Source: Dudresnaya verticillata (taxonomy: Eukaryota). Taken from it: a stretch of DNA of 64,000 bases. Positions within the stretch are counted from its first letter, which is position 1; every line of letters begins with the position of its first letter. This document shows, one piece after another, positions 1 through 12,753 of this stretch. The translations under genes and the position numbers were made by a program. The stretch covers positions 1,240,001 through 1,304,000 of the forward strand of contig OZ374560.1 of NCBI GenBank assembly GCA_977862235.1. Direction: 5' to 3'. The notes beneath the pieces were generated by a model. That model worked only from the letters and a program-made list of their open reading frames with translations. It was not told where the DNA came from and searched no databases.

Positions 1-345
1 TCCGTCATAACCAATAGGAACTCGTTTCCTCTCCCAGAGCGGGGTAACGGACCCAGGATATCGATTCCTACGAACTCCAGCGGCATGGTTGCCGGAAAGA
101 GTTTCATATGCGAAGCATGTTTCCGCAACTTGACCCGCTCTTGCGCGCACTTTACACAGTTACGCACTGTGACGTACACATCCAATGCGATCTCTGGCCA
201 ACATACCTGTCTTCGCAGGTTGTGATACATCCAGGTGCCACCTGGGTGTCCCGTCATCTTGGGGTAGTGGGCTAAGTGTAACGCCCTTTCCTTAAGAGAA
301 CGAGGTATGAGAACCTGTATCGCCTTGTCGACATATGACTTTCGG
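1..345 (-). pseudogene. Gypsy integrase N-terminal HHCC zinc-binding region and start of the core
   Basis: Manual translation gives ...LHLAHYPKMTGHPGGTWMYHNLRRQVCWP...NCVKC...FVGIDILGPLP...FLLVMTD. Confidence 0.85.
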
Positions 346-633
346 ACTAGAAGTCCTCGTTCGTCCTCGAGATAGCAAACAGGCTTCCCGGCTTCGAGGT
401 TCCGTCGGACCCAGATACAGAATTCATCTGTTTCTGCTCACGGAGCAATTCTTCCGTGGTTATGAGGGATAGTCCCTTTTGTCCAGATTCCTTCTCGGCC
501 ACTTGGGCGATGAACATTTCTTCATCCGAATCGGACTCATCGACGGGTTCGATTTCCCACTCTTCCAACGGCGCGTACTGGGTTCCGGTCGCGACCTTTC
601 GCAGGGTTCGTCCCTCTGATCGATCTCGAGGAC

Positions 634-2043
634 TTAACACAGGATCTCAAGGTCCGGTTCCCATGGCGTGAAGCCATACGTGGGCACCCGAGATACGGCA
701 TCAGCAATCTGATTCTTTTTGCTTTTTCGATACTGGACCGTGAAGTCGTATTCCAGGAGGCGTAATCTCCAACGGGCCAACCGTCCGGAAGCATCTGTCA
801 TGCTCATCATCCATTTCAGCGCTTGATGGTCTGTACACAGGTCAAAGTGGGACCTTTCTAGATAGGGTCTGAGCAATTTTGCCGCCCAGACCACTGCTAG
901 GCACTCCTTTTTGCCTACAGAGTAATTCTTCTCTGCCTTCGTCAGTCTTCGGCTCCAGAAGCCTATCGGGTGTCGAGTCCCGTCTTCTTCGGCTTGCATT
1001 AGTGCGCAACCAATTTGGTATTCGCACGCGTCGGTATCTACCAATAGGGCCTTACCCTCTTGTGGCAACCTAAGAATACAAGGCGCTATTAGCGCTTTCT
1101 TCAGCAATCCGAACGCCTCGCGTTGACGTTCATTGAACTGCGGGAGTTCAAAGCCCACTTTCTTCTGCAGGAGGGGATGGAGTGGAGCTGCCACGCGAAC
1201 GAAGTTTGGTACGAATCGCCTGTAGACGTTGCATAGACCGATGAAAGACCGTAACTGGGTCTGGGTGGTCGGTTCCTTGAAGCCTTCGATGGCTTGTGTA
1301 TTCTTAGTCGCCACATCTAATAAACCCAGACGGATGACGTGCCCTAAGTACTCGACACGCTTTGTGAATAAGTTACACTTCTTAAGTTTCAAGGAGACCC
1401 CTGCTTCTTGTAATATAGAGAGAATCTCTCTTACATGCGCGACATGCTCGTCGACAGTTACGGAGAATACGATAATATCGTCGAGGTATACGAGGCACGA
1501 TTTCCATCGAAATCCTGATAAGAGGATGTCAACCGTTCGCTGAAAGGTCGCCGGAGCGTTGCATAGCTCAAATGGCATCCTGCAAAATTGGAAGCAGCCC
1601 GCGTGGCATGCAAACGCAGTCTTATTCTTATCCTCCGGCGAAACCGGAATCTGCCAGGAACCTGAGTTGCAATCCAAGGTTGTGAAATATTGCGCTTCAC
1701 CCAGGGAGTCCAAACACTCGTCCATGCGTGGCAGAGGATACGAATCCTTCACTGTAATCGCGTTAAGCTTACGATAGTCAACGCAAAAGCGGAGTGACCC
1801 GTCGGGCTTCTTAACCAAGACGACGGGGCTCGCAAACGCAGAGCGTGCAGGCTCTATGACGCCTTCTTTGAGCATTTTGTTGACCTCATCCTGTTCTGCT
1901 TGACAGGCTTTAGGGCCCGACCGATAAGGCTGCGTAAACACAGGTTTCGAACCTTCTTGAAGCTCAATACGGTGTTCGGTCACCTTGATGGTGCAGAGTT
2001 GTCCGTCCCACATAACGGCGAACGGTTTAAGCATTTTGCGCAC
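634..2043 (-). CDS. Gypsy reverse transcriptase + RNase H
   Basis: 469-aa ORF with SPVVLVKKPDGSLRFCVDYRKLN, YLDD, DTDAC..IGCAL, KNYS...ECLAVVWA and TDHQAL. Confidence 0.95.
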   Translation of the reverse strand: MRKMLKPFAVMWDGQLCTIKVTEHRIELQEGSKPVFTQPYRSGPKACQAEQDEVNKMLKEGVIEPARSAFASPVVLVKKPDGSLRFCVDYRKLNAITVKDSYPLPRMDECLDSLGEAQYFTTLDCNSGSWQIPVSPEDKNKTAFACHAGCFQFCRMPFELCNAPATFQRTVDILLSGFRWKSCLVYLDDIIVFSVTVDEHVAHVREILSILQEAGVSLKLKKCNLFTKRVEYLGHVIRLGLLDVATKNTQAIEGFKEPTTQTQLRSFIGLCNVYRRFVPNFVRVAAPLHPLLQKKVGFELPQFNERQREAFGLLKKALIAPCILRLPQEGKALLVDTDACEYQIGCALMQAEEDGTRHPIGFWSRRLTKAEKNYSVGKKECLAVVWAAKLLRPYLERSHFDLCTDHQALKWMMSMTDASGRLARWRLRLLEYDFTVQYRKSKKNQIADAVSRVPTYGFTPWEPDLEILC

Positions 2044-2234
2044 GCGGCGCCGATCCTAAGTGGACAGATGTTCCAGCGCGAGGTCATCGACCGTAATAGC
2101 AGTTGTCGCTGATGTCGCGATTTTGATTCCTGGCTTAGAGTCTATATCCGTCTTCAGAGCAGCAGCAAGCCCCGCCCCCCTACATCGGAGAATGTTTCGG
2201 ACGAGGGAAGCGAGTCACTGTCAGGAACATTATC

Positions 2235-3020
2235 CTAGACTGGCGTCTGCGTGGCCGCCGGTACAGCCTTCCCAAGGCTTTGGTTCTTGGAAAGCCGTTG
2301 AGGACGCGAAGAAACGTTCGCAACCTTGACGTGAAAGAGTCGGTTCTCTTGAATGTTGACGATACCATTCGTCAAAACGACTTGGCGGCGCTCGTATAAG
2401 CGGGGGAGGGATTCCAAGAAATGTGTTCCTTTGGTGGAACAGGTGACAGGAACCCATGACTCACTGCCGGGCAGTAAATTAGTAGTTTCTGCGACGCGAA
2501 TGAGTCGCGAGTTAGGTAATGGGGGAACCTCCATTGGCTCGTCAGACCTGCCTTCACGGGATATACCGCATCGGCGGCGTATAATTGGGTGAATGGATCC
2601 GTCGCGAAGAAGCATGTTATGTTTGCGGACGAGTAACCCTTCCACGTGGGTATCGATAAACGTGCAACCCAAAATGGCATCTACTCCCAATGCCCTTACG
2701 ACAACAAAAGGTTGCCGAACCGTGTAGGACCCAAGCCTGATTATCTGGGAGACTGGTCCCAGTGTAGTTAGTCGGTGACTTGACGCGGAGGTCAAGTTCA
2801 CAATTGACCGCGTTGTAGAAATCCGTTTCTTGTCTTTCGGTGATAGAACATCCGCGAGGATGAGATTAGGGCCTGTCCCTGTATCCAATACGGAGAGCAC
2901 ACGAGTAAGGTCGTGAACAGAAGTCCCGATGGACGCAGCTACTTTATAATTGTAGCGCGACATTGAGCAAACGGGATCCTTGCAATACTCATGATATTTC
3001 CGTCCAGGGGGTAAGCCCAC
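2235..3020 (-). CDS. Gypsy aspartic protease region
   Basis: VLDTGTGPNLI catalytic motif and AILGCTFI motif. Confidence 0.85.
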   Translation of the reverse strand: MGLPPGRKYHEYCKDPVCSMSRYNYKVAASIGTSVHDLTRVLSVLDTGTGPNLILADVLSPKDKKRISTTRSIVNLTSASSHRLTTLGPVSQIIRLGSYTVRQPFVVVRALGVDAILGCTFIDTHVEGLLVRKHNMLLRDGSIHPIIRRRCGISREGRSDEPMEVPPLPNSRLIRVAETTNLLPGSESWVPVTCSTKGTHFLESLPRLYERRQVVLTNGIVNIQENRLFHVKVANVSSRPQRLSKNQSLGKAVPAATQTPV

Positions 3021-3193
3021 GGGACGCGCTAAGATCTTCTTAGGAAGATAGGAGACAGATTAACTGGCAACCGGTCGATCCGTTGAGGAGAAGCTTTCAA
3101 AGCTGTAGCTCGAGGAGCTGGATTCAACGTACCGATCGGGGGGTTCCGATGCCACCTGAGATATGTGGTGTACCGAAACCGGTTCCCCCCTCG

Positions 3194-5885
3194 CTAGTTT
3201 TTCGCCTTCATTGCGGGCGACCGAGGTAGCGGTGGAGGTGGTGGGAAGGGACGATACCCTTGGCATGGGGACCTGGGCGTTTGCCTCGGAGCGTCAATGG
3301 GGTGGTTCAGTCGAGGTATAAATTGAACCTGTCGATTTCCCCCTTGACTTGCACCCAAATTTTGACGGGACTCCATCCGTTGCCCAATGGGCGGCCCGGC
3401 GGGCACTCGCTCGTTAGCGAACTCCGGCAGTCGGCCAACGGTCGCCAACCACTCTTTTTTCTCGTGTGATAGTTGATGAAACAGCCTTTTTTCAAGTCTC
3501 AAAAGACTGGTCATCGGTACGAGCCAGATGTGGACAGTTGGGCTTTTTATGGCCAATGCCGTAGCATTCGAAGCAGATATCATTGGGTTGGTCTTCAACC
3601 GCCACCCACCCAGGGCGTTGAGTCCTGGTTAGCTGTGCCCAGGCTGGGAGCCTATTATTGTAGTTCTGCAGTGCCGCGTCGACTTCACCATGATACTGTT
3701 GGTCGTAGTAATACTGCCCTGTCGACCACGAGTCCGCTTGGGAAGCTATTGATGGTGGCGCTTCGTTAGCAACTGCGGCCACGACTGCGTCTTCGATTTC
3801 CGCATCAGAGCCACTGCTCTTTGAAGTATCCGAATCGGAGGCGGATGCATCCTTCGCCTGGTGAATAAGGAGCACCCGTCCTGACTTGTGGGTACGAACT
3901 TTCTCCAAAGTCTTCCTTGGTAGCGTCCTAATCGCTTTTGACGTTCGTCCGCCACCCACCAGCGCCCGATGGGAATCCCCCTGTGCAGTCGCCAGCTGGA
4001 CTTAATCGGCCAGTCTGGCAGTCCTTGGGTCCAATGAAGACGTACTTAAATGCGGCTTCACCGCTGGTAACAAGCCACGAATAAACCTGATTATCAAATC
4101 TTGTTCGGTGTATACACCAGCGACTCGACGCGCTTTGTTCTCCAACCTTCTCGAGAACGTCAACTCGTCCTCATCTGGCTCCTGCACCATAGTGTCTATC
4201 TCAGAGGCAATCCTCTATATATAGACGTCCTTGGTATAAGTCCGAAGGAGGTAATTCACGGCTTCGGGCCATTCGGTGAAACCACCATTGTCGTCACCCG
4301 CAGCGTCAAAATTAGCTTCAAACATATCCTTCGCATCCTTCTCGAGGAACTCGGGGATGACAAGGATAGCGGTACCTTCGCTGATATGGGCTTGATCAAG
4401 CTGTCTCGTCAGCGTAGCTAAGAAGCCAATAATTGACACCGGGTCACTGCCATCAAAACGGCGACTCCGCATAACGGACTTTATGCGTTTGATTTCTTCG
4501 TGGTCGCCTCGGTCACCTCGGGCCCGCGATAATCATCCAGGTTCAATAACCTATATCTTCTATAGGACAGTACCTGTATGAAGGCGGGAGTCCGAGGAGT
4601 TAGCTCCTTCACACCGGAACGCCGGGGACCCCTCCAGGACGACCATGAAGGTCTAGAATGCGAACGGGAACCCGGTCCTTCTTCATCCGATGGACCTGGA
4701 TTAGGGTGAGACCCTGACCGATGATTCTCTTCGTGACAAGGACTTGAATATCTGTCACGATGAGAATCCATATGGTCGCGGTGCGCAGAAGACCCAATTG
4801 ATCTGTTGCACTTGCAACCCTGTTGGCAACGGCCTCCATCTCCTTCACCTTGGGACCCACTGTCCGACCCCCTATGGGGTAGCCTCCTACGCCTGTCGCG
4901 CGCACGTGCCGTGAGGCACCGGTGAGCGTCGTCTCATGACTTCAGGGATAGTATCCCTTTCGCGTATTACGCGCCGCATCTGCAATTCCAGAAAATCGAC
5001 ATGACGCTTCTCCTCATCGAGTTCTTTCCTTAGGACCTCGATGGTTTTGTCCTGTTCAACGCACCGTGCGTTGTCTACGTTAAATTGAACGTCCGCAATA
5101 GCCATTGCGGCTTCTGTCCTGGAAAGGTCGGCAGCCTTCGTGGCTTCATCTAATTCAAGGTGAACCGATTCCAATTGGTCCCCCAATGAGTCCAGTTGGG
5201 CTTGTAGGGTCTCGACCCTTTCCTCTTCTAAACCCCGCAAGGGGCGTTGTTGGCAACGAGAAATGACCATTACTTGGCATTTGGCCAGTAGCTGGTCGTC
5301 TCGACGAGCGGTGGCGTCGTCGAAATAGCGTTTTACCCGTGTGAGGGTTTCGTCTGCCTGGCTTTCAAGCAGCGCCAATACGCTAGTTCCGAGAGCATTC
5401 TCGATGCCGGTCTCAACCAAATGACCAATCTCACGCTCCGTAAAGCACCGTTGTTCGGTTGAGTTTGCCTTCGTTCTCATCGGCATTCCGATATCTGGTG
5501 GAAGCGATGAAGTCGCTTCTTCTTCTAAGGCCAGTCCGCCTGTATCATGCTGGCTGTAACCAGCTTGAAGCATCGGCGGCGGCAGCATACTAGGGTTCGG
5601 ACCCTCATTCACACCGTTTTTGGCGGTGCTGGCGGCTACAGTCCGGGCCGTGGTTTCTCCTTCAGGGATCTCTCCCTTTCCATGGGCAAACGGATCTTCG
5701 TCTCCTGGTGCGGCCGCCATTCGGGGCGGGCGTTCCACTTCTCCTACTATAGGACCTCGAGCCAAAGCGGCTATTACATCACGGGTTCTTGCTCCCGTGG
5801 TCCTCACGGAGGATAAACTGCCTGTACGGGTACCGCCCCGGCTCGTTAAGCCTGGCCGGGTGGTATCACCGTTAGATGTCGGCAT
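3194..5885 (-). pseudogene. Gypsy gag (fragmented)
   Basis: Consecutive ORF pieces: coiled-coil N-terminus, capsid-like RFDGSDP...RFIRGL, and CCHC knuckle CFECYGIGHKKPNC near 3540-3580. Confidence 0.8.
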
Positions 5886-5974
5886 CTTCTAAACGAGCCG
5901 GATAACGGATACTACTCGCATCAACTTGGTGCTACACTAACTCGACATTCATCTGATATTATTGTCAGAGGCAC

Positions 5975-6754
5975 CCCTGTGGAATTGAAAGAAACCGCTA
6001 CGGAGGAGCGTGTGACGCCCGTACTCCAAAATCGGGGGACCATGCGGCGTTTGCTTTATGCCCTACAACAGGCGCAAACAAAGCATACGGCAGCCCAATT
6101 GAAGTCAAAAGCACTCTTCGACCGCAAGGTGCGTTTCCGACCTGTGATTCGTGGTGGCGATCAAGTCTATGTGGACCACCCACCACGTAACCTGCGACCC
6201 ACCGAACGGAAAGAACGTGACCGATTGGGACAAGGCCCCGACCACGTCGGTGATTTGCGGAACAGATGAAAAGCTCCTCCCTCGATCGACCGGCCCCTAT
6301 GAGGTGCACACCGCAACGGAAATTGTCGTCACCATTAAGAAAGATGGTGTGCTGTCCTATCAGTATCGATCGCGTTACGAAAGTCCCAATTGGCGTACCC
6401 GTGCAACCGGTCCCACTGACAGCGCTGGCGGTTACGCCACAATCCAATTACGGAGATACAGTATCCCCACCCTCAGTCGAGACAACTGTTGCCGCGCAAC
6501 CATCGGGTGGCACTACAGTGCCCTCACCGGAATCGATTGACGCCGACACGGAGTATGTAATTGATCAAATAGTGGGACACCGTGAGGAGCCGACGGGCAT
6601 GTCTTACAAAGTGGGCTGGTATGTCTATCCGCGAGACCAGGATACATATAAACCAGCTGAGGAGTTGCCACAGAACTTCATCCACCGACATTGGAATAAG
6701 AAACGTATAGCAGCAGCTCCTACGCGACGCCGTCGCAGAACTACTCGCCAGTAA
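5975..6754 (+). pseudogene. Integrase C-terminus + chromodomain of a second, oppositely oriented chromovirus fragment
   Basis: KLLPRSTGPYEV (GPY/F motif) and EYVIDQIVGHR...YKVGWY.YPRDQDTYKPAEELP chromodomain. Confidence 0.85.
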
Positions 6755-6932
6755 TCGTGTGAGCTCCTATTCTATTTTTCAAAAACGGGCATGACGTCTG
6801 GAGTCAACACCACTGAGACCTTGCCCAAGGGACTCTACTCCATATTGGTAACTGCTGCGTGCGGGGTTCATGCAACCCTAGTTTTGATGGCAACTGCGTA
6901 TCCTCGTAATCGAGTCCAACTTTTGAGGGAAG

Positions 6933-7598
6933 TGAAAAGGCACCCGTGATCACGGGCTCACTCGAAACTGGTGAGGAAAATCCTCACGCCGCCGGTGAGC
7001 TCCACCCAAAAGCCGAAGCGGAGTGCAGCGGTACAGTAGCACTGTATGCCTTGCTCGAATCTGCGGCGCCCACCAATCGGAACCAAGTAGTTGATTTATT
7101 TTTAATTAGGCAACTGTAATGATTATGTACAGTAAGTAGTTTAATGCCGGCCAATGAAAATGCCGAGCATGTCCGCAACGGTGAGTCACCGCTGTGAGTC
7201 AGCCTGGGACCAACAAGGCCAGATCCACATAGCGGACCAGACTCATCCGGGTCTGGCCCACAAGGATCGCGTCGCGGGGCATACCTTACACTATAAAATG
7301 TAAGGCCACCGCGGACCCTGCAGTGAACGGGCAAGCAACCCTGGGTAAAGTCCTTTCCCCTGAGCTTTACCCTCATACTCCTTCACGGTTTCCCCGCGCT
7401 AGTCCTGTCCACGGATACCTCTTTCTCCGTCTCGGTGTAACGGCCCCGGCACTGTACCGTTCCTTTGTCCGTTTCTTCCCTTTACTCCTTACAGGTATTG
7501 CCGCCGGCGGTACTCCCTTCGGGCTACGAACCAAGCTGTACCACACCGGTTTGGTGCGAATACTCCTTATTGGGATTACCTGATCAGCTCGCCTTACA
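6933..7598 (+). repeat. Probable 3' LTR of the chromovirus fragment
   Basis: A purine tract GAGGGAAG is followed by TGAAAAGGC...TGATCA. The segment ends TGATCAGCTCGCCTTACA, an imperfect TG...CA terminal inverted repeat. No second copy in the window. Confidence 0.5.
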
Positions 7599-8189
7599 GG
7601 TGTGCCTCTCACTACACCGCAGCGAACCGTACTGCTTAGATCAGCGTCGTAAGAATCACGGCTTGCAGACGCCTAATGAGGGTGTCAGCGGTAGCACCGT
7701 GACAATTGGGCAAAAGGGGAAAAACCAAGGCACACACCGCTGCCCGTTTAATGTGGGGCCCCTGCGACTCAGGGGCTCAATAAATACGGTGGGAACCGGA
7801 AAGATACCACCCTATTAGTTAGAGCTATAATACTAAGAGTGAACTAATACTGTACACTAACAGCTAAAATAAGGATTAGAAATAGGAATGAGCGATCGTA
7901 CCGCTTCCGCGCGTGTAGAGGCACTGTAAGACGCCGTGCCCCAAATAGCCGCGAAATTATGGCACATGTGAACCACTCAGCGCGTACAGCACTCACGTAG
8001 TTAATTACCCAATGGCGCGTAGCCATATCACCCGTGCGTCCGACGTCTTACATGCGTCTCGTGTACACCTGGCTCCTTGCAGCGCCCCAGCCCTCGTTAT
8101 ACCACAGTTATGCACCAACGTCAGCCGACGGTTGTCGCCAGCGGTCCTCTCACCCGCCATTGGCGTGAACACGTCACAGACTTATGCCA

Positions 8190-9057
8190 CTGTTGTGGTA
8201 CAAGGGGGGCTGGCCGTTTTTCCGCTCTGAGTGTGCAATAAGATAACTTCTACCGACGGAAAACCGCCGTCGGCGCCCAAGCCGCCGTTGGTGCGCGAAC
8301 ATGTCACTGACGACTGGCCCACCGGCGTACGGACGCCGCAGCAACAGACGGGCGTGGCGCCCCGTGTATTGTACGCCCAGCGTGCCACCGATTCGGATTG
8401 TATGCCGGGATCCACGTTGGTGTAGGACACGAGCCTGTAAGGATGGCCCGGATCCAGATCGGGGTCCACGTGGGTGTAAGGCGTGCACCTGTAATGCGTC
8501 CGCACCCGTAATGCTGGCACACATCGGGATCAGAATCGGGATCACACGCGCCGAGATGCTCACACGCCTGTAAGGAGTGCGTGGCCAGGTGTGAGTGTAA
8601 GCGCTCGCATAGCGCACGCGCGACGGACTTATCAGACGCATGGCTGCACAGCGGGACCGAATTTGTTAGACGCACTACCGCGCAACACGTGTCCTGAGTT
8701 CCCACGCACCCGCCACGCCACCGCCGCCTACGCCACAGTAGTAGTACTTAGGTAATCCGTCTGAGACGTTGAGTAAACCCCGGCAAGCCCACCTTGGTCC
8801 AGACTATCCCTCCCGCGTCCACGCGTATCTTACCGCTGCCCTTGAGGCCGAAGCGTCTGACGCTCCGTGCTTCCACGTTCACACCCCTCAGCGACGTGCT
8901 TCTCTTTGGGGTTTTCTTTGTTCCCTTCTTCCCGCCTACGGCGTTTACAGTCCGTCATAGGCGTTACTACCGTTCTACTATGCTCCGTCTCCGAGATGCT
9001 ACCCCTGGGTTCCGAACTGCCCAGAGGTGTATTCGTCCCTCGACGCTTTGCACTACA
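8190..9057 (+). repeat. Solo or partial LTR (left boundary approximate)
   Basis: Similar to 41373-42021. Ends TTTGCACTACA like the G2 LTR read in its sense orientation. No TSD found. Confidence 0.55.
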
Positions 9058-9069
9058 GAGGGAAACTAA

Positions 9070-9265
9070 CCTTAAATATAGTAGCTACTGGTCACGGCGG
9101 CACCAACCCGGAAGGTGCACCGGCGCTTGCCAACACGTGGCAACACGTACGGGTAACGGCTAGCCGGGGGCGCGGACAGGCGTAACGGTACGTTGCGCAC
9201 TCAATGGCTCAATGTCGGGGAGCGCGTGCGCCGTGCTCCGTGTGCGGCACGGCGCGCGGGACTGC
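9070..9265. repeat. LTR fragment related to the solo LTR at 36044-36816
   Basis: Shares CTTAAATA, ACACGT.CGGGTAACGG and CCGTGTGCGGCACGGCGCGCGG with about 36430-36650. Confidence 0.55.
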
Positions 9266-9911
9266 TGTCCACAGTATCGGCCTGGCGACCGTATACTGAC
9301 CAAAGGGCGTTGATATACCGTCTATGACGGGCATGTGGCACCAAAGGTGGTTTGACTCTCGCTTTTTACGTGGTGCGAAAACGCCTCTCGTTTGTTGCAA
9401 CCCTCGATGATGCTCGCGTCGCACAGTCGCCGCGGGACCACGCACGCCGGCTGGAGCGCGGTTCGACGGGCGAGCGCAAGTTGGTCGAAACGAGTGCAAA
9501 TAGCACCCAGGGCAGCCCAAAATAGGGGACCAAAACGGTTGGGGGCTTTAGCCTGTTGTAATACTGCGATGTATCGCAGGACGCAAGGGACACAGCGCCT
9601 CTCTCTGAGGGAGTCGCAAATCAGCGAGCAGTCCGGTGTTGATAGCTCCACATTGCTCGCCTCCAGCCGGAACAGTTTGTTTGACTTCGTTCCTCCCCAA
9701 ATGATCCTCTGGCTGACTCCGAAGTCTTTGCAGACTCCAAAAAGGGATTATTCCACGACAGCGCCCCCCGACGTGAGGAAGGAAATCATTCCGCTCTCCA
9801 ACATCGTAGAGAGAAGGCCAGGGTAGGGCCCTGTCTTGACCCCCAAATGGACCTTCTCTCTCTCTCGCCAGTTTCTTCATCGCAATACCATCATCTAAAG
9901 GTAGAAGCAGG

Positions 9912-10705
9912 TGTGGTGCAAATCCACTGGGTTGAAAAGAGGATGCACCTCAGGCTGTTCGATGGCCCGGTGGTAGCAGGTGAGGTAGTAGCGGTAGAGC
10001 AGGGGAATAGCCCCGTAGTGCGACTGTAAAACACTACAAGATCAAGAAAAGGGGGTTACCCTAGAAAAGAAAGAAAACAAAGGAAAAATAAAGGAAAAAC
10101 AGGACTCTGTACGATGAAGAAGGGTAGCGTACCCACTGGAGTCCAACCTAGCGACGGAGTCGATAGGGTAGGAGGGTGTGTCTCGCTGGGCCTAAACTTC
10201 ACTGTTTATTGTATCAGGGCGCACCTGAGGGCCCTAATATGCTATGTACAAGGCGGGTGCGCCTTGGTGGCGGATTCTAACAGTGAAGGGGGGGCGGGCC
10301 ACTTAAGTGGCAATTGGCATTGCGTGGGGCGCACAAATCTAGAATTACTTACAAAATATCAACTGTCAGCCTCTTGACAGCGTGGTCTGACAGTATGCGC
10401 TGAGGGTGCACACGCGCGCACGTGTGCGCGTTGTCGTTTCGAGGGGCCATCCTTGCTGGCAGCCGGCGCCAGGAGCTGTCCGTCGGGAGGGCTTACAGGG
10501 GAATTTCCCCAATGGCATTGCTGGCGCACGCGCGTGTCGGCAGAGCCCGTTGCGGCAGGGAAGTTGCCTCTGAGCTGAGAAATGTGCGAAGCGGATGATC
10601 CGCGGGTATCGGCCGTTGCGGCCCGTCATCCGCAGTCGCGCGAGTCGCGGGCGTGGTCCATTATGAAGAATTCTTCATTCCGGTGCGAAGGCGATTTGCG
10701 CCACA
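9912..10705 (-). repeat. G2 3' LTR
   Basis: Direct repeat of 34080-34861. Begins TGTGGTGCAAATC and ends GATTTGCGCCACA. Confidence 0.95.
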
Positions 10706-10714
10706 TCTCCCCCC
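10706..10714 (-). promoter_or_regulatory. Polypurine tract of G2
   Basis: Minus strand reads GGGGGGAGA immediately before the LTR start TGTGG. Confidence 0.8.
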
Positions 10715-10844
10715 GTTAAGCGGCGAGTATCCGCACGAGCCCACACTCGCAACGTTCATCCTGCACAAGTCGGCGCGGCTCCTTGCCATCTTATCCTGCG
10801 GGGGTCCGCTTGTCGGCTGCGTTCAGCGGAACTTGTGTGCCGCG

Positions 10845-12549
10845 ATGCCACCGCATTTCTCCCTTGCGGAACTTTACCGCGTGTTGCTGCACGCTCCGCA
10901 GAGTTCCGCAGCTTACCCCACACCAGCCAACTTCGACGGCAAGACTCCTTGGCATGACCTCATCGACTTCGCCAATGCCCCGTGGATGTTCCACTCTAAC
11001 GTCGGCAAGTATGCCCTCATTGAGCAGTATGTCTCAGCTGATGGGTTCCTGCCCGGGGGGTTGCCTCTTCGTGTCTCGCGTACCCCCGACTGGCGGCGAC
11101 ACGGGGCGATTCGCCCAGAAGGGATTCGTCGGCATGGCAGGGAGGACGTTCGCAAAGCCCGTCTGCGGTAAGCCAGTTTAGTGCTACAGCATCTCTCCCG
11201 CATGCCCGGTCGCGAGGTTATCCCTCATGGATATTGGTTAGACCTTGCGCTGTACCGTACAAATGGGGAAATCCCCTACGCTGACACCCTGGAGAATCTT
11301 CCTCTCCCGCATGCGTGGGATGGGGTGGAACCTCGCGTCCGCCAGTCTGCGCTCCTTATGGGCGTGCAGCTTCGTGCGAAATTCCGGTTCATACTCAGGC
11401 GCGAAAACAACGCTTACTGGGACAAGATTCGTTGGGAGCGGCGAGCCCGTTCCCGACTGGGTTTCTTGGTCCCTTATCAGAATGTCGAAGTCGACGCGAT
11501 CCATCGCTCTTACTTTTACCAGTGTTATATCAGTTTGCCGGTCCCACAGTGCGGCTTGGTTGAGTGTTTTGAGGGTTTCCTCGTTGCACTATCGCCCGCG
11601 GTGAGTTACACCATGTCGTCTGTTATCGGCTACCCGCAATCGGGATTGTGGACCGCATATTACACGGCGTTCGTGGCGAAGACGGCCGTCCAGTGGCTGT
11701 GGGAACTGTACGACAAGTACCGCATGTGGTACGTGTCTCCCACAGTCCTGACGCTTTTTGTCCAATTGGACTTGCGGACCGTCTTAGGTGGTGTGAACAA
11801 TGAAGCGGAGTTCCACGTATTGCTGGGGTTCTATGCCCAGATTGATTGGGAACCGTGACGAGCAGAGGGTCCCGTTGCGTAACCACAAGAGGCGTTCCTC
11901 ATCGTCCAACTTCTCGCCTGGGCGTCGGTACCCGTTGTGCGGCGATTGGGCGTGGTTCGACCCCTGGATGCGACCTTTTGTCTCTGTGGACCGTGCTGCT
12001 TGGTTGCGTAGCCACCCGCGTTCGATGCCACCGGGTCGGCCGCGAGGCTACCTGGTGGATCCCGAAGTGAGTGGCATCGCCGAGTGGGATTATGAGGAAG
12101 AGTCGTCTGGTGCGGAGAGTAGTGGGGGAATCCCCGATGATGATGCAATGACGATCGACGCCTACTTGGTCGACGAAGGGCAGCCGGTGGCGGCACCCGC
12201 GGCCCCAGCTTTCCCAGTTATTGCGGATGCGGGGGTTGCTGATAATACAGCCGCGACGACGACTCAGGCCAGCGGTCTTCCGCAGAGTGGGGATCTGAAC
12301 GACGATGTGGTGACGAACTCCAGTGTCGGGCGCGCCCCGTTTTGCGATCCCGGCTCTCCTCAACGGGCACGTCGCGTACGTTTGAGCTTCAGTCAGCGCA
12401 TTGCCGTGATCGGCTTTCTGCGTCGGACGGGAATTCCCGAGATTGCCATCCCCGGCAGCGACGAGGAGCTCCTCGAGGCGGCCGTGGATAAGGGTTATGA
12501 TCCGGACGTCGAGGGGGAAGCGGGCCCAAGCGGGCCTGCAGATTTCTAG
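10845..12549 (+). pseudogene. Extra antisense ORF inside G2, unknown function (frameshifted)
   Basis: Abutting + strand ORFs (10653-11171, 10783-11181, 11181-11858, 11800-12549) chain into roughly 560 codons of protein-like, W/Y/P-rich sequence starting MPPHFSLAELY. It lies between the PPT and the chromodomain. Confidence 0.6.
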
Positions 12550-12753
12550 TCGATCATCGACATATAATGTGGGCAACCGACCCTGCGGGCGTAGCCCGCG
12601 TGCTGTAGTAGGGGGAGCGTCGTCATGATCAGGACTTATTAAAGTTTGCCTGTTTGATAGTTGGGGTGGCGTGGTGTGTCGCTGTTAGGAGAAGTCCCCT
12701 TATATGGCGTAAAGCGAAGTAACCCACGGGGGTTGTGGTCGGCTAACGACGGG

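Larger units (their letters stand above)
1..5960 (-). mobile_element. Ty3/Gypsy LTR retrotransposon (element G1), internal region, runs off the left edge
   Basis: Minus-strand order gag (CCHC) - protease - RT - RNase H - integrase, which is the Gypsy order. Multiple frameshifts and stops. LTRs not confidently located. Confidence 0.92.

Noticed and set aside
9907..9911. Exact TSD for G2
   Set aside because: The flanks GCAGG and GCTTG match at only 3 of 5 positions, so this was not claimed as a TSD.
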